Assembly (NCBI RefSeq): GCF_006345805.1
Contig: NW_021827446.1
Location: forward strand, 1 to 10,394
Source of the DNA: Octopus sinensis
Taxonomy: Eukaryota
Reading direction: 5' to 3'
Length of the DNA stretch: 10,394 nt
Positions 1-8,390 of this stretch are shown here, one piece after another (position 1 is the first letter of the stretch; every line of letters starts with the position of its first letter). The position numbers and the translations under genes are program-made. Under the pieces are notes generated by a model. That model searched no databases and was not told the DNA's origin. It saw nothing but the letters and a program-made list of their open reading frames with translations.

Positions 1-16
1 AACACCAGACTGTATT

Positions 17-192
17 TCATCATCATCATCATCATCATTTAGCGTCCGTTTTCCATGCTAGCATGGGATGGACGGTGCAACTGGGGTCTGTGAAGCCAGA
101 AGGCTGCATCAGGCCCAGTCTGATCTGGCAGTGTTTCTACGGCTGGATGCCCTTCCTAATGCCAACCACTCCGTGAGTGTAGTGGGTGCTTT
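17..192 (-). mobile_element. Family A non-LTR retroposon/SINE, 3' part with (ATG)n tail, copy 1; interrupted at 192 and resuming at 1511
   Basis: (CAT)n at 17-38 then ttagcgtccgttttccatgctagcatggg...ggatgcccttcctaatgccaaccactcc...gtgggtgcttt; near-identical to copies at 8391 and 8970. Confidence 0.85.
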
Positions 193-578
193 GGATCTTT
201 TCTATTCTGAAGCCAGGACCACAGATCTTTCTACTTAACTAAATAATCTGAAACTTCGTATGCTGATAGAGTCTAGCAAAACAAGACACAGGTTGGAACT
301 AGTTTATTTGAGAAAAATCTATTTTATGACTTTAATCGTAGATTAAAACTGCGAATTTTAACCAATCAGATTGTTTGTTTTCATGTGTAAAACTTGACTG
401 CATTCTATTAGTGTGACGTAGAAAGCGCTTTTGTGACGTACTAACTTTTCGGAAAACTGTAAACAAACACGGCAGACGAAATACTTTTATTTTTTTACAT
501 AAGTAATGAGAGCGAAAGAGACTAAGAGGAAGCGATTTTATGACGAGGGAAGTTTGTCTTTGAAGTTACCGTCTAGGG

Positions 579-833
579 CAGGGGTGGGCAAACTTTTTTG
601 AACCTTGGCGGGCCTCATTTATAAAAATCAAGTGAAAATATTGTGAATTACCGTACAGTTACGAAGTATCTGCATAGAAGTTGGGATTCATAAAAGCTCT
701 CGGCGGGCTGCATGAAAACCTATGGCGGGCCGCATGAAAACCTATGGCGGGCCGCATGAAAACCTATGGCGGGCCGCATGAAAACCTATGGCGGGCCGCA
801 TGCGGCCCGCGGGCCGTAGTTTGCCCACCCCTG
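579..833. mobile_element. hAT-superfamily MITE (255 bp, Charlie-like target) nested in the 193-1510 element
   Basis: Perfect 16-bp TIRs caggggtgggcaaact (579-594) and agtttgcccacccctg (818-833); perfect 8-bp TSD GTCTAGGG (571-578, 834-841). Confidence 0.93.
710..802. repeat. Tandem repeat, 4 perfect copies of a 22-bp unit plus a partial copy, inside the hAT MITE
   Basis: gcatgaaaacctatggcgggcc at 710, 732, 754 and 776, then gcatg. Confidence 0.97.
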
Positions 834-1001
834 GTCTAGGGGAAGCATTGATGTACATGTGTGTGTGTGTGTGTGTTTGATGGGGTGTGGGAGACAGTAT
901 GTTGTGTAAGTGAAGTGCTTCTGTTAGTGTGTGTGAAGAGACAGAGAGAGTAATGTGTGAAAGAGAGAGATAACTGATTTTTTACTCGGTGTATGTGTAT
1001 A

Positions 1002-1171
1002 TGTATGTCTGCATGTATGTGTGTGTGTGTGTGTATGTATCTATGTATGTATGGCCAATTCATCGTAATTACGATTACGATGAATCGGCTATACATACAC
1101 ACACACACACATACATACACACACACACATACTTACACATACATACACACACACATACATGCAGACATACA
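1002..1171. repeat. Foldback inverted repeat with (TG/TATG)n and (CA/CATA)n arms around a near-perfect unique-sequence palindrome
   Basis: Outer tgtatgtctgcatgtatgtgtg pairs with cacacatacatgcagacataca; inner atggccaattcatcgtaat pairs with attacgatgaatcggctat around a 4-nt loop (1070-1073). Confidence 0.9.
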
Positions 1172-1510
1172 GAATGGAAACATTTTCAATTTAATACATG
1201 TGGCTTATTAACTAGTTTTAAATATTGTTATTAGAAGGTGGCTGACTATAGCTTGTTTACATTTAAGATGTTAAATACGTCACGAAATTGGTGGTCGAGA
1301 CGGAGTAAATAAAATAAAGCCGAATGACGGAATATCATTGGTTAAAATTCTAATTATTAAACAACGTTAAACTTAGAAGTTACAATTCCGTTTTCATTCT
1401 GGTTTACAATTAAGTTTACTTTTGACACATTCTACCAGTATACGAAGTTTCAAATTGTTTGGTTCAGTAGGAAAAATTTGAAAAAACTGGCCTCAAAATA
1501 GAAAAGATCC

Positions 1511-1618
1511 GGTGCTTTTTACGTGCCACCCGCACAGGTGCCAGACAGAGCTGGCAAACGGCCATGAACGGATGGTGCTTTTACATGCCACCGGCACGGG
1601 GGCCAGGCGAGGCTGGCA
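1511..1618 (-). mobile_element. Continuation of family A copy 1 (about 1.7 units of a ~62-bp tandem unit)
   Basis: ggtgctttttacgtgccacc...ggccatgaacggat ggtgcttttacatgccaccggcac...; same units occur at about 8557-8642 and 9126-9277. Confidence 0.85.
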
Positions 1619-1669
1619 TTTGTCCTGGTATAAACACACATGAAGATGGGTATTCCTAACCTAATATGT

Positions 1670-1905
1670 ATCATCATCATCATGATCATTGTCACTTAAC
1701 AACCATCCTCCTTGCTCGCATGGGTTGAACCTTTCAACAGGCTCTGATGAGTTGGAGGACTGCATCAAACTTTAACATCTGTTTTGGCATATTTTTTATG
1801 CTTGGATGCTCATCCGAACACCAGCCACTCGAAAGTAGGTACAGTGTGCTTTTTTTTTTTTTTTTTTTTGCGGCACCAGCACTTCTGAGGTCATCAAGTA
1901 ACTCA
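1670..1905 (-). mobile_element. Old, diverged family A-related retroposon with (ATG)n tail and an expanded T20 run (1850-1869)
   Basis: catcatcat...gcatgggttgaac...ggactgcatc...ggatgctcatccgaacaccagccactc...gtgctttt aligns colinearly with family A. Confidence 0.65.
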
Positions 1906-2464
1906 CCTCTTCAAATCAGCAGAAGGCTCTTTCCTTTCTGGTTAAGGAATTCAAGAAAATATTTTCACACAAAGTACACTTTCCTTAAACTAGCATTTTT
2001 GTTACCAAAAGAGAGGAGAAAGAAAAAAAATGGATCAAATTAATATCCTTTGTGCAAACTTGTCTGGACTAAATATACATGTTTATTGTTCATATTTTCA
2101 GAGAATTATCTGCTTCAGTACTTAAGTTCTTTTGTTCGTTATTATATTAATTTGGACCAGCTGGAATTATTACAATCTACCTCACATTCTTCCTTCATTG
2201 ATCAATTTTCAGGCTTCTGCAATCAAATTGAGTCTTAACACAAATGTTAAACACTGTGACTCCTGACAGAAAATTCCTACAAATTGTGCTACCATTATTT
2301 TCAATTTTCAATATTTTTTTTCATTCTTGCAACCAAAATCTTAAATTCTGTTTGCTATTTGGATGATTTGAGAAATATTGGGAAAATGTGATACTGATAT
2401 GAAATAATAGCAATAGTAAATTTTTAAAGTCATTTTTTTCTGGAAGGAGAGGGCAGCACCTTTA

Positions 2465-2716
2465 TTGCTTGTGAAGGTCTCTGGTTCTAGGGCTGGCTAC
2501 TGAGTTTCCATGACATAAATGACTAAGATCATAACCTTCCCTCTGAATGGGACACTAGTCCATTGCAGGATTACTCCTTAACAGTAGAGTGGACTGCAGA
2601 AATAGGAAATTAAGTGTTTTGCTCAAGAACACATCATACTGCTCAGTCCAGGAATTGAAACCACAGTTTAGTGATCATGAATGCAACACTCTAATCTATG
2701 TGTCATGTGCCTTCAC
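2465..2716 (-). mobile_element. Old degraded tRNA-derived SINE
   Basis: Minus strand shows B-box-like GGTTTCAATTCC, then gtgttcttgagcaaaacactt, gcagtccactc and cctgcaatggactagtgtccc blocks typical of tRNA-SINE bodies. Confidence 0.55.
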
Positions 2717-2980
2717 TTTTTTTTCTCTCTTATTTTCTCACTTTTTAATTAGGGAGGAAAGGGTAGCATCTATAACCCTTTATTTTCTTCAGGGTCTCTG
2801 AGACTTGTGACAGGAAGAATGTAATCATTAAACCGGATGTCTGGGCTGAATTAACTTTTGCTGGGTGAACTTTTGCAAATAGTACCCCAGGGCTTGGTTG
2901 TGGTGTTAGACCAGGTTAAAGTAAATTTACCACAATCCAAGAACTTGGAACACTAAGAGATGGAACAAATTGCAAAGTAT

Positions 2981-3369
2981 CTCTCTTTTACTCTTTTACT
3001 TGTTTCAGTCATTTGACTGCGGCCATGCTGGAGCACCGCCTTTAATCGAGCAACTCGATCCCGGGACTTATTCTTTTGTAAGCCCAGTACTTATTCTATC
3101 GGTCTCTTTTGCAGAACTGCTAAGTAACGGGGACGTAAAATGCTAGGGGGACAAACACAGACACACACACACACACACATACATATATATATATACACAT
3201 ATATACGACAGGCTTCTTTCAGTTTCCGTCTACCAAATCCACTCACAAGGCATTGGTCGGCCCGGGGCTATAGTAGAAGACACTTGCCCAAGATGCCACG
3301 CAGTGGGACTGAACCCGGAACCATGTGGTTGGTTAGCAAGCTACTTACCACACAGCCACTCCAGCGCCT
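2981..3369 (-). mobile_element. Family B tRNA-derived SINE, copy 1 (24-nt internal deletion near 3139)
   Basis: Reverse complement of the copy at 7051: A box TGGCTGTGTGG, B box GGTTCAGTCCC, ccttgggcaagtgtc block, internal (TA)(TG)n tract, (AAAGAGT)n-like tail. Confidence 0.92.
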
Positions 3370-3389
3370 ATTCTGTCCAACTTTCTGGC

Positions 3390-3480
3390 AATTTTCATTA
3401 ATCAACTGCCTTAAACTAGAACTTATTTCATTAACCCCTGAAAGATGAAAGACAAAGTTAACCTCAGCTGGATTTAGACT
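3390..3480 (-). mobile_element. Old family C SINE fragment
   Basis: ttcattaacccctgaaagatgaaagacaaagttaacctcagctggattt resembles ttatcgaccccgaaaggatgaaaggcaaagtcgacctcggcggaattt of the copy at 8084-8315. Confidence 0.6.
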
Positions 3481-3482
3481 TA

Positions 3483-3665
3483 AAAGGACCAGGACAAATA
3501 TTGTTGTATTTAGTTAGAACTCTTTATGTTCCAAGTTCAAATCCTGCTGAGATCTCTTTGCCTTTCCCTCTTGATGGGTAAGTAAAATAAAGTACCAATC
3601 AAATACTGAAATTGATTTAATTGATGAACTTTACTTACAAAATTTGCGACCTTATGACAAATTGG
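3483..3665 (+). mobile_element. Old family C SINE fragment
   Basis: aagttcaaatcctgctgagatctctttgcctttccctcttgatgggtaagtaaaataaagtacca aligns with the family C B-box and central block. Confidence 0.6.
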
Positions 3666-3789
3666 TGTTATTACTGGATAGGTACATCCATTAATACGAA
3701 CTACAAACTATCTTACACACAGTCACATAAGCATAAACATACACACAATTACATCTGCATAAAAACTCACACGTGCACTCAGATTCTTC

Positions 3790-3968
3790 TATGCAGTCAC
3801 TTGTTCTGCTTGAAATAGCTGCCAGATTTCCTTCAGATTACACCCTACCATCCAGATAAAAAGTAGGCATTAGATAATGTAAGCCTACATATCCATTAGG
3901 TTGGATAGTCATAGCTAGAATGCCTTTGATTATAGGTATGCTTGCTGAGGGCTAACCTGGGGCCAGAC
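3790..3968 (+). repeat. Probable degraded interspersed repeat 3' end, family unassigned
   Basis: gtcatagctagaatgcctttgattatagg...gggctaacctggggc resembles an octopus repeat tail as recalled; no second copy in this window. Confidence 0.3.
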
Positions 3969-3984
3969 ATATGTTAGTGTACAC

Positions 3985-4215
3985 GGCGGCGAGCTGGCAG
4001 AAATGTTAGCATACCGGGCGAAATGCGTAGCCGTATTTCGTCTGCCGTTACGTTCTGAGTTCAAATTCCGCCGAGGTCGAGTTTGCTTTCATCCTTTCGG
4101 GGTCGATAAATAAAGTACCAGTTTCACACTGGGGTCGACTTAATCGACTTAATCCGTTTGTCTGTCCTTCTTTGTCCCCTCTATGTTTGGTTCCCTGTGG
4201 GCAATAAAGAAATAA
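3985..4215 (+). mobile_element. Family C tRNA-derived SINE, full length (231 bp), perfect 16-bp TSD
   Basis: Starts ggcggcgagctggcagaa (A-box-like), B box GAGTTCAAATTCC, central gctttcatcctttcggggtcgataaataaagtacc. TSD ATATGTTAGTGTACAC at 3969-3984 and 4216-4231. Confidence 0.92.
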
Positions 4216-4622
4216 ATATGTTAGTGTACACACACAACCAAATGGACATAGACAAACACACATACCTAGCTTCATACACACATAAACCCAATTCTTCCAT
4301 GCCAACCGCTAGATTCACACAGTTTTCTTTCTTTTCTTTAGATTCCTTCTCATTGCAGCTTTGTATTTTTGTAAGTTTTGTGAGAATCAATCATTATTTC
4401 TCTACTCCCACACACATACACACGGTTTGTTATCTTCATGGAATCTTTCCCTGTGTATGTCTGTTGAGCGTGTGTGTGTATGTAATTTTTACATGCTGCT
4501 CTGCTTCTGGTTTTTAAATTATTTTCATATCTTTTTACGGTTATTTTCCCCTCTTATTCATGGATTTGTGTATGTATTTTTTGCGATGCAATGTCTTTTT
4601 TTAAAAATAAATACATATATAA

Positions 4623-5032
4623 GGCGCAGGAGTGGCTGTGTGGTAAGTAGCTTGCTAACCAACCACATGGTTCCGGGTTCAGTCCCACTGCGTGGCACCT
4701 TGGGCAAGTGTCTTCTGCTATAGCCCTGGGCTGACCAATGCCTTGTGAGTGGATTTGGTAGACAGAAACTGAAAGAAGCCTGTCGTATATATGTATATAT
4801 ATATTATAAGTGTGTGTGTGTGTGTTTGTGTGTCTGTGTTTGTCCCCCTAGCATTGCTTGACAACCGATGCTGGTGTGTTTACGTCCCCGTCACTTAGCG
4901 GTTCGGCAAAAGAGACTGATAGAATAAGTACTGGGCTTACAAAGAATAAGTCCCGGGGTCAATTTGCTCGACTAAAGGCGGTGCTCCAGCATGGCCGCAG
5001 TCAAATGACTGAAACAAGTAAAAGAGTAAAGA
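4623..5032 (+). mobile_element. Family B tRNA-derived SINE, copy 2 (full length)
   Basis: ggcgcaggagtggctgtgtggtaag...ggttcagtccc...aaacaagtaaaagagtaaag; nearly identical to 7051-7447. Confidence 0.93.
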
Positions 5033-5254
5033 ATAATATATGTATATGTTTGTGTAAGTTTAAAAAGCATGGAAAATATTTGGGAAGTCTTTAGTTATTT
5101 CACGTGAATAACGTGAATTCCTAAGTGGAATGGTTTCATTACTTTCCCTTAAATTATAACCAAGCATTAGTTTAACTTACTCATTTTAGTATCTATTTTT
5201 GTTTTTGACTTTCTACCCTTTAGGCAACGTTTCCTTCAGTGAACACTGTATCTA

Positions 5255-5400
5255 CAACCAATATTACAACATATGCCATAATCACCACATATAACACCAT
5301 CATTACATATATGCAACCACCATTGGCTAGTAACATCAGATCAACCACCACCATTGCCAACAAACATCACATATACCACTGACATTTCACCAGCAATAAC
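5255..5400. repeat. Decayed (CAC/CAT/AAC)n low-complexity tract
   Basis: caaccaatattacaacatatgccataatcaccacatataacaccatcattac...accaccaccattgccaacaaacatcac; strongly C/A-skewed with recurring catat. Confidence 0.6.
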
Positions 5401-5413
5401 TTCAATTCTTTAA

Positions 5414-5634
5414 ACCTTTCATTACCGTATTTATTTTGAGATGCTCTGTGTTTCTTTCAATCACTTTAAATATAACAAAAAATTTAGTAAAATAACTTAG
5501 TTATCATTCAGCTTGTATTAGGAACATAAATTGTGACTAAGGTTTGGTAGAAGATTTTAATTCAAAAATTCTGAAAACAAGACATTTGTACTACAGAGCC
5601 AGAGCCGGTTTCAGCTGGGTTGGTAACAAAAGGG
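5414..5634. mobile_element. piggyBac-type MITE, family E (221 bp)
   Basis: TTAA at 5410-5413 and 5635-5638; termini acctttcattacc versus rc cccttttgttacc (10/13); right end matches the copy starting at 10354. Confidence 0.8.
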
Positions 5635-6164
5635 TTAAACCTTTATATATTTAGATACTTTTGGAATGAAGGATTTTACTGAAATCTAATATGTCTTTCT
5701 ATCACGAAATTTCTTGTAGTTCTATAATGAAATCCAGATAGAGTGAAAGACGGTGGAAATAATTCTAGCTGGCAGCTATCTTTGTTTATTGAAATGGAAT
5801 TTTTTTTTTCTCTCTACATCTTATTTACTTAATAGAAACCTTGTTGCCTTGGTGAATACAGATTATGTGAAAATGTTATTATATATTGAAGTTTTAATAA
5901 ACATGTTGCTCATACACTGGCAAACCTTTCTAGAGATTAAGTTTAACTGAGTTTAATCAGAAGAGGAGCTGGACCTTTGCAGACTCTTCTAGAATTGATG
6001 TAGCCATTATATAGCTTGAGCAGCTGCAAGATAAATGTGCACAGGAAATGCATAGGGTGTGGAGGTGGGGAAGTGAGGGTCTGCCATGCATTGCAGGGAG
6101 TTCTGCTAAAGGAGCTGATGCCTGAGCAGTGCTGATATATGGGAGAACATGTTAGCCTGAATAT

Positions 6165-6563
6165 CTTACTCTCTTTACTCTGACTGTGGCCATGCTGGAG
6201 CACCGCCTTTAATCGAGCAACTCGACCCCGGGACTTATTCTTTGTAAGCCCAGTACTTATTCTATCGTCTCTTTTGCCGAACCGCTAAGTGACGGGGACG
6301 TAAACACACCAGCATCGGTTGTCAAGCAATGCTAGGGGACAACACAGACACACAAACACACATACATATATATATATATATTATATATATACATATATAC
6401 GACAGGCTTCTTTCAGTTTCCATCTACCAAATCCACTCACAAGGCATTGGTCGGCCCGAGGCTATAGCAGAGGACACTTGCCCAAGGTGCCACGCAGTGG
6501 GACTGAACCCGGAACCATGTGGTTGGTAGACAAGCTACTTACCACACAGCCACTCCTGCGCCT
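6165..6563 (-). mobile_element. Family B tRNA-derived SINE, copy 3 (about 20-nt deletion next to the tail)
   Basis: ctctttactc|tgactgtggccatgctggagcacc...cagccactcctgcgcc is the reverse complement of the family B sequence. Confidence 0.92.
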
Positions 6564-6624
6564 ACCATTTTGGTACCATCTTTTTACACTTTTTACACTG
6601 AGCAGCTATACGCACATATACACA

Positions 6625-6772
6625 CACGGCAGTAACTCCTGCCTACCGAATTCAATCACAAAGCTCCGGTTGGCTCGGGGCTATAGCAGAAGACACCTAC
6701 CCAATGTGCCACGCAGTGGGACTGAACCCGAAACCATGTAGGTAGGAAGCAAGCTCCCTAACCACGCAGCCA
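6625..6772 (-). mobile_element. Older family B-related SINE, head-only fragment
   Basis: ggggctatagcagaagacacctacccaatgtgccacgcagtgggactgaacccgaaaccatg...aaccacgcagcca; diverged from the young copies. Confidence 0.75.
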
Positions 6773-6884
6773 TCTGAATGGTAAAAGGTTAAGGTAATTG
6801 CACTGGTTGGTAATAATGTGAGAATAATGAATTAAATAGCATTGAGAACATTTCTGTGTATAAGAGACTAGATCAATGATTTAA

Positions 6885-7477
6885 CCCTTTGGTGTTTAAG
6901 CCAGCCATATCCGGCCCAAATATCCTACATGTTTTACATTCAAACTGGCCATATCTAGCCTCTCACATCTAACCTACATTGACATTCTAAGAATAAACTA
7001 TCACACCATTGAAACTTCAAAGTTGTAAGATAATGTGTGATTATTACATAGGCGCAGGAGTGGCTGTGTGGTAAGTAGCTTGCTAACCAACCACATGGTT
7101 CCGGGTTCAGTCCCACTGCGTGGCACCTTGGGCAAGTGTCTTCTGCTATAGCCCCGGGCCGACCAATGCCTTGTGAGTGGATTTGGTAGACGGAAACTGA
7201 AAGAAGCCTGTCGTATATATGTATATATATTTTTGTGTGTGTGTGTGTGTTTGTCCCCCTAGCATTGCTTGACAACTGATGCTGGTGTGTTTACGTCCCC
7301 GTTACTTAGCGGTTCGGCAAAAGAGACTGATAGAATAAGTACTGGGCTTACAAAGAATAAGTCCCGGGGTCGATTTGCTCGACTAAAGGCGGTGCTCCAG
7401 CATGGCCGCAGTCAAATGACTGAAACAATTAAACGAGTTAAAAGAGTATTTAACAGAGTAATCTGAACACTAAAGGG
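6885..7477. mobile_element. piggyBac-type MITE, family D, interrupted by a family B SINE
   Basis: TTAA at 6881-6884 and 7478-7481; termini ccctttggtgtt versus rc ccctttagtgtt (11/12). Confidence 0.8.
7051..7447 (+). mobile_element. Family B tRNA-derived SINE, copy 5, nested in the family D MITE
   Basis: Full-length copy with A and B boxes, internal (TA)(TG)n tract and gagttaaaagagt tail. Confidence 0.93.
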
Positions 7478-7617
7478 TTAAAGGTGAGTTGCTGAATCAA
7501 AATTGAATAAACAATCAAGAACTCACTGGAAACTAGTCTCTTGATGTGATGGTATTTCTTTGAGGTTATAGGTAACTGGTGATACCTTGGTAAATGGTGA
7601 AGGATGAATTAATAATA

Positions 7618-7940
7618 GGCGCAGGCATATTTGTATGGTAAAAAATTTGCTGCCTAACCATATGTTCTGGGTTCAGTCCCACTGTGTGACACCTTGGGCA
7701 TGTGTCTTCTGCTATAGCCCTGGGCCTATCAAAACCTTGTGACTGGATTTAGTAGATAAAAATTGAAAGAAACTTGTCTCGTGTGTCTGTGTGTGATTTT
7801 GTGTTTATCCTCCTCCTCCTCCACCACCACTTGACAACTAGTGTTGGCTGGACTATGTCCTGTAACTTAGGACACTGATGGAATAAATGCTAGGTTTAAA
7901 GAAAGAAAAAAGTCCTGGGGTCGATTTGTTTGACTAAACT
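7618..7940 (+). mobile_element. Old diverged family B-related SINE
   Basis: ggcgcaggc...gggttcagtcccactgtgtgacaccttgggcatgtgtcttctgctatagccc...gtcctggggtcgatttgtttgactaa is colinear with family B, with many substitutions. Confidence 0.8.
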
Positions 7941-8083
7941 TTCAAAACTGTACAACAGCCTGACGACATCATACCAAGACACCACTCAGGGATCGTTCTT
8001 CATGATAGGGGCTGAAAAGGATACACGGTTATGAAAAGCAGTGTATTATGGCATTATGAAATAGCAATATAGATAAAAGAATA

Positions 8084-8315
8084 CCTATATCTTTATTACC
8101 CACAAGGGGCTAAACACAGAGGGGACAAACAAGGACAGACATAGGTATTAAGTTGATTACATCGACCCCAGTGCGTAACTGGTACTTAATTTATCGACCC
8201 CGAAAGGATGAAAGGCAAAGTCGACCTCGGCGGAATTTGAACTCACAACGTAACGCAGACGAAATACCGCTAAGCATTTCGCCCGGTGTGCTAACAGTTC
8301 TGCCAGCTCGCCGCC
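8084..8315 (-). mobile_element. Family C tRNA-derived SINE, full length, with a ~23-bp imperfect TSD
   Basis: Reverse complement of 3985-4215. Flanks atagcaatatagataaaagaata (8061-8083) and ataacaatataggtaaaagaata (8317-8339) differ by 2 transitions. Confidence 0.9.
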
Positions 8316-8390
8316 TATAACAATATAGGTAAAAGAATAATAGTCTAATGGTATATGGTGTAGCGATAGACTTTGGTATAGAGGCACCGT

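Larger units (their letters stand above)
193..1510. mobile_element. Non-autonomous DNA transposon with ~88-bp imperfect TIRs (GGATC...GATCC) and 8-bp TSD GGTGCTTT; Merlin- or MULE-like candidate
   Basis: Left end ggatcttttctattctgaagccag matches reverse complement of right end ggatcttttctattttgaggccag at 22/24; homology continues through tgaaacttcgtat to about 281 and 1420. TSD at 185-192 and 1511-1518. Removing the element restores gtgggtgctttttacgtgcc as seen in the family A copy starting at 8391. No transposase ORF. Confidence 0.85.

Noticed and set aside
710-802. Regular short repeats resembling a CRISPR array
   Set aside because: Head-to-tail 22-bp units with no spacers, inside a hAT MITE, in eukaryotic DNA.
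836-1234. ORFs 836-1126(-), 989-1234(+), 993-1211(+)
   Set aside because: Translations are (CV)n/(HT)n runs produced by TG/CA microsatellites; no protein signal.
1744-1770. CTGATGAG hammerhead-like core
   Set aside because: No properly placed GAAA or stems I-III; it lies in a decayed family A copy and is absent from the young copies.
1747-2238. ORFs 1747-2043 and 2050-2238
   Set aside because: The first runs through a decayed repeat and poly-T; the second has a non-ATG start and no recognisable domain.
2776-2870. Strong-looking acceptor ccctttattttcttcAG (2791-2792), possible extra exon
   Set aside because: No laminin-like translation in any frame; the phase-1 reading hits TAA within about 10 codons; no convincing donor.
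5095-5120. Palindromic E-box ttCACGTGaa with a short duplication (acgtgaat twice)
   Set aside because: A single 10-bp palindrome is expected by chance in 10 kb; no supporting context.
5943-6203. 86-aa minus-strand ORF and an interrupted plus frame in a relatively GC-rich patch
   Set aside because: No recognisable motif; it starts inside a SINE; the plus frame has several stops. It could be an old TE remnant, which cannot be supported without a search.
3140-7466. Recurrent similar ORFs (MTTDAGVFTSP..., MSSNARG..., ...PEPGTMWLV...) that look like a paralogous gene family
   Set aside because: All lie within family B SINE copies; the similarity is that of the repeat, and several use non-ATG starts.
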